Source of the DNA: Pleomorphomonas koreensis DSM 23070
GTDB lineage: Bacteria; Pseudomonadota; Alphaproteobacteria; Rhizobiales; Pleomorphomonadaceae
Assembly (NCBI RefSeq): GCF_000425185.1
Contig: NZ_AULH01000005.1
Span: forward strand, 307,477-339,476
Direction: 5' to 3'
DNA length: 32,000 nucleotides
This document shows positions 17,333 to 25,480 of the stretch, piece after piece. Made by a program: the position numbers and the translations under genes. Position 1 is the first letter of the stretch. The number at the start of each line of letters is the position of its first letter. The notes beneath the pieces are model-generated. The model worked only from the letters and a program-made list of their open reading frames with translations. It did no database searches and was not told the origin of the DNA.

Positions 17333-17515
17333 TGCAGGCTCCAGTCGGCAAAAGAGATGGAGCCGATCAAGAGAGTAGGCAAAATCGGGGCGGGCAACCG
17401 GAAAGAGGCTGCCGGAGGGCTGCCGGATACTATCGGCAGCAAATAGGACGGTTGCGGCATCTTCATCGCCTGCACCAACGGCTATTCTGGCGGATCAAGT
17501 CGAATCGCGGGGAAG

Positions 17516-18406
17516 TCAATTCGCTCGGACCAGCCGCCCCATGTCATTTGCAAGCGTCAGCAGATTGCGCAACGTCGCGCTGCGATTGAACGGCGACCAG
17601 ACAGCCGAGAAGGCAACAGGCTCCGGCTCATCGGCGAAGGGCAAGAAAACGATGCCGGTCGTCGGCAGACGTGCCGTAGCCTCGCCGACGATGGTGATGC
17701 CAAACCCCTGTCCGACCATGGACAGCAGAGTGCCACGCTCGACGTCGAAGCGCAGGATCGACGGCGTAGGCCAGCGCCCGGCATGACGTAGCACGATATG
17801 ATTATGAACCTGCGGGCCAGTGCCACCATGTCGAACAAGAAACGTCTCGCCCGCAAGTTCGGCCCATGTGACGACCGATTGCCCGGCGAGCGGATGCCGC
17901 TCCGGTAGCACCACCACAAGCGGTTCGGTCCATATGCAACGGGAATGGCAGTCGGGGAGTTCGGGCGTGCCCGCGACGAACGCCACGTCCAGCCGGTCGG
18001 CGCGAAGCTGCATGACCGCTTCGCGAGCCGTGCTCTCCGTGATTTCCACTTCGATGCCGGGATGAGCCTCCCGATACTGCGCGATCAGATCGGCAAGGAA
18101 GCTGCCGTAGATCAGGGCATGGATACCGATGCGAATCCGGCCGCTTTCTCCGGCTGCCGCCATGCCAGCCGTCTTCACCGCATGGTCGAGTTGATCGACT
18201 CCCGCCGCTATCCGCTCTACGAAGTGACGTCCGGCCTCCGTTAGTCGGACGCCCCGAGCATGGCGCTCGAAAAGAAGGATGCCAAGGTCTTCCTCTAGCG
18301 CTTTCACTCGTGCGCTGACACTGGATTGTGCGACGCCTAGCACTTTAGCCGCGTGACGGAAGTTCAAGAATTCAGCAACAGCTAAAGTCTGAATCAATGA
18401 CACCAT
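17516..18406 (-). CDS. LysR-family transcriptional regulator (TraR-like position)
   Basis: HTH LNFRHAAKVLGVAQSSVSARVKALEEDLG plus a substrate-binding domain. ATG 18406 preferred; an alternative upstream start exists at 18469. Confidence 0.88.
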   Translation of the reverse strand: MVSLIQTLAVAEFLNFRHAAKVLGVAQSSVSARVKALEEDLGILLFERHARGVRLTEAGRHFVERIAAGVDQLDHAVKTAGMAAAGESGRIRIGIHALIYGSFLADLIAQYREAHPGIEVEITESTAREAVMQLRADRLDVAFVAGTPELPDCHSRCIWTEPLVVVLPERHPLAGQSVVTWAELAGETFLVRHGGTGPQVHNHIVLRHAGRWPTPSILRFDVERGTLLSMVGQGFGITIVGEATARLPTTGIVFLPFADEPEPVAFSAVWSPFNRSATLRNLLTLANDMGRLVRAN

Positions 18407-18887
18407 TGGGATTCGCAACCCGAGGGGAGTTTTCCACTCTTGGCGGGCATCTGTCCTAGAGCGCCGCATGATGGTGCTCCGACAGATAAGAAAAAGTCGA
18501 ACTGGCTGAAATGACGTTGGCGACTAGCGCCCAAGCCAATCGCGCGGATCGAATGGCAAAATGGCGGTTTAGGTAGGCGGTGAACTGGCCTGAATAGATG
18601 CGTCCGCCCCGCAACGAGGCGTGCAGCATACGCTGCGTATTTTCTGGATTTTGCATTGGAGAAGCCTTGCAAGCGTCGCAATAACTTGCCGCATCCGCAA
18701 TCGCTTATCCGATCACGGACTCAAACCGACAAGCACGAAGCCGCTCACTGTCAGCGCGAACGGCTAGCGACGTGCCACAATCTCCAACACAAGCCTCTCC
18801 ATCGTAGGTGGAGAAAGGATAGACATCGGCGTGCCTCGTCGTCAACGCTGGAGAATTTGATTGCGATACAACCGAGGCGGGTTTGAT

Positions 18888-20942
18888 TCACAAACCAAGA
18901 CCTCTGGTTTTGCCGATCTGCCATGACACCGATCCGCCCTGCACGACGCCCATGACCTCGCGGCCGAGCTGGCGGTCGATAACCGGCCGCCACGGGACAA
19001 GCGTAAACTCGTGGGATTTCTCAACAACGGCGAACTTGCCACTGGATAGCTGCACGGTGCCGGTGAACTTGCCGCTGACGTTCTCGCTATCCGTAGCGGC
19101 ACGGAACGGCAGCCCTTTGCCCTCGGCCATCTCCCGGCCGACGCGGGCAACCTCCCGCTCGCGCAGCGTGGCGAGAAGGCTGCGCCGGTAGAAGATGCGG
19201 CCGTCCCGCGCTCGGCTGGCATCGCCCTGTTCGATATGATGCTCGCGGCGCTGCTCCATCGCCTCGCGCACCTGCTGGCCGAAGCCGGCCGGGACAAGAT
19301 CGGCGGTCTCGCCATGGATCAGCCGCCGGTCGAGCCAGGTCGCGCCGTCCGATCCGATCTGCTTGTTCAGATCGACCGGGGAAAGAACGCGCACGCTGGC
19401 CTGCCGGTCGCGGCCGGCGTCATAGGCGGCAGCCCGGCTCTCGAAATCGTCGGGGATGCGCCATTGGTCGGCGTCGATCCGCTCGACGATCCCGGCGCGG
19501 CGCAATGCCTCCAGCCGGCGGACATGAGCATCGACATAACCCTCATAGTCGCCGCCGGGAACGCGCCCCTCAAACTTGGCCTGCTCCAGATGACGACTCG
19601 GCCGATAGATGCCGTCCTCCGCGATGGCCGTGATGGTGCGGTCGGACGGCCGGGCCGTCACCTCGGCCGGGCCGATCTGGACGACGCTACCGATGCGGGC
19701 GTCCTCCAGCCGCTCGGGCGCGATGCCGGCGAGGTGGTGCGTCCGCCCGTCGATCCCGTCCACCACGATTGTCAGGTTCTCCCCTAGCTCGTCGGACAGG
19801 TGCTTGTCCACGACGCGGCCGACGATGGGCGTCTCGGGCGCTCCGTCATGGATTTGAAAGCTCATGAGATCGCGTTCGCCACCGTGCGCGCCGAGCGCCT
19901 TCTGCATGATGCGGATAATGTCGCCACGCTCGCCCAACTCGCGCAGGGCCGGCTCCATGTCCTTGCTCAATTCCCAAACGCCGGGCGCGTGCGCGGTCGC
20001 CAGCCCCATCTTCTCCAGCTTGGCGAGACGGCGAAGGCGCAGGGTCCGCTCGAACTGCCGCCTCGGCGCTGCCGGTTCATGGCGAAGGTCGAGGAAACGG
20101 GCATCGGCTTCGTCGGCCATGGCGCGGTCGATCCGGGTGAAACGGTCTTGGTCGATCTCGGCCGACAGCTTGCGGGTCTGCTCGATCTCGGTCACGGGGC
20201 CGAGTTCGAGACTGGCAAGCTCGCTGGCCCGCTCGCGCAGGCCAGCGGAAAGATAGTCGCCGTTGATGACTAGATCCCCGCCCGTGTCGTCGCGGCCGTT
20301 GACGATGATATGCACATGGGGATGGCCGGTGTTGTAGTGATTGACGGCGACCCAATCGAGTTTGGTGCCGAGGTCGGCTTCCACCTGCTTCATGAAATCG
20401 CGGGTGTAGGCCGTGAGGTCCGACAGCTCCACGCCGTCCTCGGGCGAGACGATGAATCTGAATTGGTGGCGGTCGTCCTTGCCGCGATCAAGGAAGGCGT
20501 CGCCATCGGCGCGGTCCTCGGTCGCCGAATAGAGCCGGCCGCGCTCGCCGTCGCGTGACGTGCCGTCGCGTTGGACATAGCGTAGATGCGCGCGGGCGCG
20601 ACCGCCCTTCCACGCGGCCCGGACGCTGCGCTGCTTGACGATGACGCGGCGACTGCCCGGCTGGCGATGATGCCAGTTGCCCGAGATATTGCGGGCACGC
20701 ACGAAGCTCGCGCCCCGGCCGCGCTTCACGCCCTTGCCGCTGGCGACCACGGCACGGGACCGGCCCGGCGATGACGGGCGGGCGGATGATGGCATGGAAG
20801 GATCGCGTGAGGCTGCCGCCTGATGCTGCCGGGTGATCTTTCTGACCTGCGTGAAAAAGCTCTTGGTCTTGCCAGCCTTCGGCGTGTCGGATCGGATGCG
20901 GCCGGGCTTCGGACGGAAGCGGTTTTCGTCGTCGGCGCTCAA
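18888..20942 (-). CDS. Relaxase/mobilisation nuclease with DUF3363-type C-terminal domain
   Basis: 684 aa. N-terminal DDENRFRPKPGRIRS; histidine triad NTGHPHVHIIVNG. The start is TTG 20942 with GGAG 8 nt upstream. Confidence 0.9.
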   Translation of the reverse strand: MSADDENRFRPKPGRIRSDTPKAGKTKSFFTQVRKITRQHQAAASRDPSMPSSARPSSPGRSRAVVASGKGVKRGRGASFVRARNISGNWHHRQPGSRRVIVKQRSVRAAWKGGRARAHLRYVQRDGTSRDGERGRLYSATEDRADGDAFLDRGKDDRHQFRFIVSPEDGVELSDLTAYTRDFMKQVEADLGTKLDWVAVNHYNTGHPHVHIIVNGRDDTGGDLVINGDYLSAGLRERASELASLELGPVTEIEQTRKLSAEIDQDRFTRIDRAMADEADARFLDLRHEPAAPRRQFERTLRLRRLAKLEKMGLATAHAPGVWELSKDMEPALRELGERGDIIRIMQKALGAHGGERDLMSFQIHDGAPETPIVGRVVDKHLSDELGENLTIVVDGIDGRTHHLAGIAPERLEDARIGSVVQIGPAEVTARPSDRTITAIAEDGIYRPSRHLEQAKFEGRVPGGDYEGYVDAHVRRLEALRRAGIVERIDADQWRIPDDFESRAAAYDAGRDRQASVRVLSPVDLNKQIGSDGATWLDRRLIHGETADLVPAGFGQQVREAMEQRREHHIEQGDASRARDGRIFYRRSLLATLREREVARVGREMAEGKGLPFRAATDSENVSGKFTGTVQLSSGKFAVVEKSHEFTLVPWRPVIDRQLGREVMGVVQGGSVSWQIGKTRGLGL

Positions 20943-21259
20943 GGGCGCGGCTCCGGCCCAAATCGCCGGAAAACGGCCGATCTGCGCCTATGGTGCCGCT
21001 CGAAACCCAGCAAAGCCAAGGCTTTGCGCAAAATCGCGGCACGCGGCCCCTCAAAACCATGGTGCCGGAACCGGCGACCTAACCAGTGTGCAGACAACAA
21101 CAATTTCCAGAAGCGGCCCGATATGGTGCCGTCTTCTTTAATCTTGCCCTCCGCCCTTTCTGTCTTTTCTGCCCCTCCTGCCGGGAATCCAGCCGGGCGC
21201 AAACCTGCCCGACCGGATGTCGAAACCAGCGCCGCCGAGCCCGGGAACGCCGCCCTCAT
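20939..21259 (-). CDS. Doubtful 106-aa basic ORF that exactly fills the transglycosylase-relaxase gap
   Basis: ATGA overlap with the upstream stop (21256-21259) and TTGA overlap with the relaxase start (20939-20942) favour a real gene. Against it: GC3 is only ~66% by my count, with many rare codons (TTG x7, AGG, AGA, ATA, TTA), and the ORF contains the 9-mer repeats. Confidence 0.3.
   Translation of the reverse strand: MRAAFPGSAALVSTSGRAGLRPAGFPAGGAEKTERAEGKIKEDGTISGRFWKLLLSAHWLGRRFRHHGFEGPRAAILRKALALLGFERHHRRRSAVFRRFGPEPRP
20990..21131. repeat. Three direct copies of ATGGTGCCG plus an 8-bp inverted repeat; candidate oriT/regulatory region
   Basis: Copies at 20990-20998, 21059-21067 and 21123-21131. 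Inverted repeat gcaaagcc aa ggctttgc at 21010-27. Confidence 0.5.
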
Positions 21260-22191
21260 GGCGTTCCCCCGTCGCTGGCGCTCGCCACGAAAATAATGCT
21301 GCCGTCCTGCGGCTCCGCACGGGCTGGGTCGCGCGCTGGAACGGCAGCGCGCCCGTCGCCGGATTGCACCTCGGACGGCGGCGCGGCGGCAGCTTGCGTG
21401 TCGGCCAGGCGCATGACGAATAGTGGTGCCTCGCGCCAGTCGGGCGGCGGTGCCGGTGGTTGCAACGGCGCATCCGATGGAGCCGCGCCGCCAAGGATTG
21501 GGGCGAGCGCGGCGACATAGGCGCGTGTCTCGGCGGGAAGGGGGCGGCCCGTCGCGCGGTGCTCGTCGTAGCGGCCGGGGCCGGCGTTATAGGCCGCAAG
21601 CATCGCGCCGACATTGCCGTAGCGGTCGAACATCTCGCGCAGATAGGCCGTGCCTGCGAGGATGTTGTCGCGCGGGTCGTAGGGATCGCGGCCGAGGCCA
21701 TGGCGGACGCGCAGGCCCGCCCATGTGTCGGGCATTACCTGCATCAATCCCATCGCTCCGGCCGACGAAACCGCCCGCACGTCGCCCGCGCTTTCGGCGC
21801 GCAGCACGGCGCGAATCCAGTGCTCGGGGATGCCGAAACGCTGCGACGCCTCGGCGATGTGCGCCGCATAGGGATGGGCGGCGGCCGGGCGCTCGACCGG
21901 GACGGATTGCGCGACAGCGACGCCCGATCCGATACAGACGGAAAGCGCCCCGGCCAGCAGCAGGACGGCGTAATGCCATGCCGGCCTGTCTCCGCTTCGC
22001 CGCCAGCCTGCCAGCGTGCTCGCTGCGGTCAAGGGCAAGGCGCAAGCGCCGGCCGATGGCCGCCCCTGACCTTCGCTGCGCGCGCCGGTCGTCTGGTCGC
22101 CGAGCGGGACGAAGGGATGAGACGGCTTTTCCGCGAACAAAGGGATGCCGATCTTTGACCGGATGGCGGGCCGGACGCGTGCGGCCTTCAT
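21256..22191 (-). CDS. Lytic transglycosylase (SLT domain, VirB1-like)
   Basis: 311 aa. SLT motifs AVLRAESAG...GAMGLMQVMP...AYNAGPGRY. ATG 22191 overlaps the DUF736 stop as ATGA. Pro/Ala-rich C-terminus. Confidence 0.88.
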   Translation of the reverse strand: MKAARVRPAIRSKIGIPLFAEKPSHPFVPLGDQTTGARSEGQGRPSAGACALPLTAASTLAGWRRSGDRPAWHYAVLLLAGALSVCIGSGVAVAQSVPVERPAAAHPYAAHIAEASQRFGIPEHWIRAVLRAESAGDVRAVSSAGAMGLMQVMPDTWAGLRVRHGLGRDPYDPRDNILAGTAYLREMFDRYGNVGAMLAAYNAGPGRYDEHRATGRPLPAETRAYVAALAPILGGAAPSDAPLQPPAPPPDWREAPLFVMRLADTQAAAAPPSEVQSGDGRAAVPARDPARAEPQDGSIIFVASASDGGTP

Positions 22192-22523
22192 TCCTCATCC
22201 TCGATCTTCCGGGCGTGCTTCCAACGCAGGGTCCAGACCGAAGGATCGTCGTTGGACTGGAACAGTTTGGCGCGGATCGGGAACGGGAAGATTGGCCCCT
22301 CCAAGCGCATCGACACGAACTCGCCAGCGTTCTCGCTGGAGTCTTTCCATGCCGGGCCGGCGTCCGGGCCGTCCTCGCTATCGAGGCGCACGCAATAATC
22401 GGGCGCGTTTTTCGCGTGGCTCGGCTTGGCCGGGACGATGAACAGCTTTTCGTGGAGGCCGAACGAATGAAGCTCTCCCGCATAGCCGGTTTCGGTGCGG
22501 GTGAAGGTGCCTATCTCTGCCAT
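22188..22523 (-). CDS. DUF736 family protein
   Basis: Internal ATG 22523 preceded by AGGAG. MAEIGTFTRTETGYAGELHSFGLHEKLFIVP... Confidence 0.8.
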   Translation of the reverse strand: MAEIGTFTRTETGYAGELHSFGLHEKLFIVPAKPSHAKNAPDYCVRLDSEDGPDAGPAWKDSSENAGEFVSMRLEGPIFPFPIRAKLFQSNDDPSVWTLRWKHARKIEDEE

Positions 22524-22558
22524 GGGAAATCTCCTGCGGTTGGTTTTCGGGGGTGATT

Positions 22559-23104
22559 TCAGTGCGTCGGCGCGCGCCACTCGTAGCGGCCGACGCCTTC
22601 CTCATCGGTCCAGAGCGGGACCGCCCGGCCGATGACGGAAGCTGCGGGGATGGGTCCGAAATACCGGCCGTCGAGGCTGTCGCGGACTTCCCAATTCATG
22701 AGGAAAAGCTGGCCGTCGTCGATGACGCGGCAGCCCTGCCAGACGGGCAGATCGCGGCCGAGGCTGTCGCGCTCCAGCGCCTCGCCCATCTCGATCCCGT
22801 CAACCGTGATCGTGCGGCCGGCGCGGCAAACCCGCTGTCGGGGCAGGCCCAAGACGCGCTTCAAGAGCGGGACGCCGCGCGCTATATAGCCGCGCTCGAC
22901 CATGAAGGCGGCGAGCGGTTCGGGCGGCATCACGGCGACCAGTTCGGGCACGTCGATCCGGTCTGCCGGCTCGACGGTGTAGAAGCCGACTGGCGCGCTG
23001 GCGGTGGCGTTCCATATGAGTTTCGTCGGCGTCTCGACCGCGCTTGCGGCGGCGATGCCGAGCACCACCAGCGCCGTGATCGTAAGGGTGCGGCGGCGCG
23101 TCAT
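22559..23104 (-). CDS. traF: S26-family conjugative signal peptidase TraF
   Basis: Internal ATG 23104 (MTRRRTLTITALVVLGIAAAS...) overlaps the upstream stop as ATGA. ...NATASAPVGFY...DSLDGRYFGPIP. Confidence 0.85.
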   Translation of the reverse strand: MTRRRTLTITALVVLGIAAASAVETPTKLIWNATASAPVGFYTVEPADRIDVPELVAVMPPEPLAAFMVERGYIARGVPLLKRVLGLPRQRVCRAGRTITVDGIEMGEALERDSLGRDLPVWQGCRVIDDGQLFLMNWEVRDSLDGRYFGPIPAASVIGRAVPLWTDEEGVGRYEWRAPTH

Positions 23105-23619
23105 GGGTCGATCCTTCGGCGATGAAGCCACACGGCATGTCGCTCGGGCGTGTAGGCGTGCGCCTCCAGATTGGCGGTCAAACGGTTGTGGACGTGTCGC
23201 CAATGCTCCGGTGAGGCATCGGCCGGATCGAGGCCGAGCGATTCCACGGCGTCGATGGCGGCAAGCGCGCGCTGCACCTTGGGCCAGCTATCGAGGCGCA
23301 ACAGGATTTCGCCGCCGGGGCGCACGAAGGGCAATGTCTGGAACGGCTCGCCCCGGCCGATGGCGCGCACAATGTCGATGCGCGAAACGACAGTGCCGTG
23401 CTCGCCCTTCGCCCATCGCACGAAGGCAAAGACGCTGCCCGGCGCGAAGCCGACGACACTCCGGCGACGATCGATGATCTGCTCGTAGCTCTTGCGGCCG
23501 AAGCGTATCCAGTGCTCGACCTTGCGTTTCTCGAAGGTCAGCTCAACCAATGTGGTGAAGGGCGCAGGCCCGTCCGGCAGCGGACGGCCGTGCGCGCTGC
23601 GGTGAGCGCGACGGGTCAT
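23101..23619 (-). CDS. DUF2840 family protein
   Basis: Internal ATG 23619 preceded by GGAG. ...TLVELTFEKRKVEHWIRFG... Position upstream of traF, as in related ICEs (from memory). Confidence 0.7.
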   Translation of the reverse strand: MTRRAHRSAHGRPLPDGPAPFTTLVELTFEKRKVEHWIRFGRKSYEQIIDRRRSVVGFAPGSVFAFVRWAKGEHGTVVSRIDIVRAIGRGEPFQTLPFVRPGGEILLRLDSWPKVQRALAAIDAVESLGLDPADASPEHWRHVHNRLTANLEAHAYTPERHAVWLHRRRIDP

Positions 23620-23677
23620 TGTTCGTCTCCGGTGATGTGCTGGGGGCTGCGCGGACGCAGCGCGTTGGGCGCGGCCG

Positions 23678-24754
23678 TCATGGCTCGCCCCTTCGGGCTG
23701 AACCGGCACCACGCTTCGCCCGCGCGCGCGTCAAAGAAAAAGAGTTAGATTCTCTGTTAGATAAGTTAACGGTCGGATTCCGCTTTTTAGGCCAAAGCGT
23801 TAGCTGCGGTTCATGCGCCTGATCTGCCGATAGTGGTGCGCCTGATGTGCCGATACCCCGTGCGCCTGATCTGCCGATGGCATTAACAGGGTTATCAACA
23901 GTGCCTGTTGACAGGTTTTCGGGGCGGATGCGCAGCAGCTCGCGGCCGTCTTCCCGCTCGGTCTGGAGCAGGTAGCCGGGGAGCTGCTGGCGGGCTGCGA
24001 TCCGGCGCAGGTCGAGCGCGAAGTCGGACGGCCGCGCGAGGCTGCCGGATTTCTGGTGAAGATGCGCGACCTCGAAAATCCAGCCGTGGCGCTGGTGCCC
24101 GGCGTGCTTTCTGGCGACGCGGTAAAGCCATCGCTCGATGCCGTCAGTCAGCCGGAAATAGGCCGGGTCGATGGTCAGGACCAGCGAACGGTCGATGACG
24201 CTGTTGTAGAACCATTCGGGCAGGACGAACTCCATGCCCTCGACGCGGCCGGCGCGCGTCGTCATTTCCTCCCACTCGTTGATCCATGAGAATTGCCGGC
24301 GACGCCAATGCGGGCCGTTGCGGATGGTGGTGGCGATGACGGTCGATTGCAGCCGCGCCAGCGCGGCTTTCAGAAGCCGGTATTGATGATTGCCGGTCGG
24401 CCGCCCGATGGCGCGCAACAGATGGTAAGGCGTAAACCGGACAAAGCGCGACGTGGTGAGGCCGTTGTTCTCGGCCGCGACGATCTGCGAGGCCGCCCAT
24501 ATCAGCACATCGGCATCCCAAATGGTCGCCATGCCGTGTTCGGGCATCCCGAACACCTGCACCTCTATGTCGGCGGCCTTGTAGAGAATCGGCTTGGTGC
24601 GCGGGGTCTTCGCCAGCGAGAAAAACGGCCGTTCCATCAAATCGCGCTGGTCGCGCGGCGGCGCGTCGCCCGTTGCGACCACGAAGGGGTCTAGGCGGCT
24701 GCGCTCGCTGTCCTCGGCCGGCTGCTCGGGGTCGTGATCGTCCTCGCGCAGCAT
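23678..24754 (-). CDS. repA: Replication initiator protein A (RepA/RPA family) with an atypical C-terminal tail translated through iterons
   Basis: 358 aa. ...ERPFFSLAKTPRTKPILYKA...MATIWDADVLIWAASQIV...IERWLYRVARKHAG... The last ~75 codons read through the repeats and the AT-rich block at 23740-23900. Confidence 0.8.
   Translation of the reverse strand: MLREDDHDPEQPAEDSERSRLDPFVVATGDAPPRDQRDLMERPFFSLAKTPRTKPILYKAADIEVQVFGMPEHGMATIWDADVLIWAASQIVAAENNGLTTSRFVRFTPYHLLRAIGRPTGNHQYRLLKAALARLQSTVIATTIRNGPHWRRRQFSWINEWEEMTTRAGRVEGMEFVLPEWFYNSVIDRSLVLTIDPAYFRLTDGIERWLYRVARKHAGHQRHGWIFEVAHLHQKSGSLARPSDFALDLRRIAARQQLPGYLLQTEREDGRELLRIRPENLSTGTVDNPVNAIGRSGARGIGTSGAPLSADQAHEPQLTLWPKKRNPTVNLSNRESNSFSLTRARAKRGAGSARRGEP
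23814..23879. repeat. Three 19-bp iteron-like direct repeats (period 23-24 bp)
   Basis: tgcgcctgatctgccgata 23814-23832; tgcgcctgatgtgccgata 23837-23855; tgcgcctgatctgccgatg 23861-23879. Flanked by an AT-rich stretch (23735-23800) and the inverted repeat tcaacag tgc ctgttga (~23895-23911). Confidence 0.8.
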
Positions 24755-25024
24755 CTAGCAGTCGCCTCGTTCTTTGGGCGTGAGCGGACGCGCGGGAAAG
24801 ACGGTGCCGGCGGTTTTATCGCGGGTGGATTTGCGCTCGCCCGCCGCGCTCCAGTCTTCCAGATCGCGGACGGTGTAGAGGACGCGACCGCCGACTTTGC
24901 GATAGGTCGGCCCGGTGCCATAGGTGCGATGCTTCTCAAGGGTGCGGATGGATATGCCGAGGAAGCGCGCGGCTTCCTTGGTGCGCAACAGGCGCGGCGG
25001 CAGGCCCGCAAGTGGGTTGGGCAT
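24755..25024 (-). CDS. Small MerR/AlpA-type HTH protein (excisionase-family DNA-binding domain), first gene of the repA-traF-relaxase operon
   Basis: 89 aa: ...LLRTKEAARFLGISIRTLEKHRTYGTGPTYRKVGGRVLYTVRDLEDW... GGAGG before ATG 25024. The stop abuts the repA ATG. Confidence 0.8.
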   Translation of the reverse strand: MPNPLAGLPPRLLRTKEAARFLGISIRTLEKHRTYGTGPTYRKVGGRVLYTVRDLEDWSAAGERKSTRDKTAGTVFPARPLTPKERGDC

Positions 25025-25073
25025 GGATCACCTCCAGTCTGGATTGGGCTGCCGGGGGCGGCAGCGGACTGTG

Positions 25074-25141
25074 GCGAACCATGGCGAGGGATCGGCGGCG
25101 CGTAGCGTGCCGCATTTGCGCCTATGCGCTGGCGGCACCCC
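25074..25141 (-). promoter_or_regulatory. Conserved ~68-bp element, copy B (see 4017-4084), upstream of the HTH-repA operon
   Basis: Same orientation and spacing as copy A. Followed, towards the gene, by a non-homologous hairpin (25048-25065), just as copy A is followed by hairpin 3988-4012. Confidence 0.6.
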
Positions 25142-25480
25142 CTTCGGGGGCGGTGCGCGGCCAATAGATGAGGGATTTCAGCGGCTCATTGCCTGCTGCG
25201 CCGAAAAGCCAGAGACATTCCCACGCGGTTCAGTTAAGAATCGCAGTGGAGCAGACGCGCTGCTCTGGGGCGTAGTAACCCCTCACGAATGGCCGGTGCC
25301 AGCCAGAACGGCACCAACTCCTTGACCTATGGTCGGGGAGCCTGTGGCGTATACAACAGGCTTTCCGAGCTAAAGGCCATGGGGCCGTTTCGTGACGGTT
25401 ACTAACTCCCCGATCACCAAGAGTCAGAGAGAATCGTTTGCGGGGGCGCACCGCAGACAAAGCTCTCTCGGATACGGGGA

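Noticed and set aside
18656-18886. 76-aa plus-strand ORF divergent from the LysR gene
   Set aside because: R/H/C/Q-rich translation, no RBS, and it ends at the relaxase stop. It is not a credible LysR target gene.
21186-21192. RP4-like nick sequence (ATCCAGC, resembling the IncP ATCCTG/C)
   Set aside because: It is a single 7-mer with one mismatch. The relaxase is not IncP TraI-like, and the strand and context are unverified. This is too weak to call a nic site.
23814-23879. Direct repeats considered as a mini CRISPR array
   Set aside because: There are only three 19-bp repeats separated by 4-5 bp, with no spacers of CRISPR length. The architecture fits iterons.
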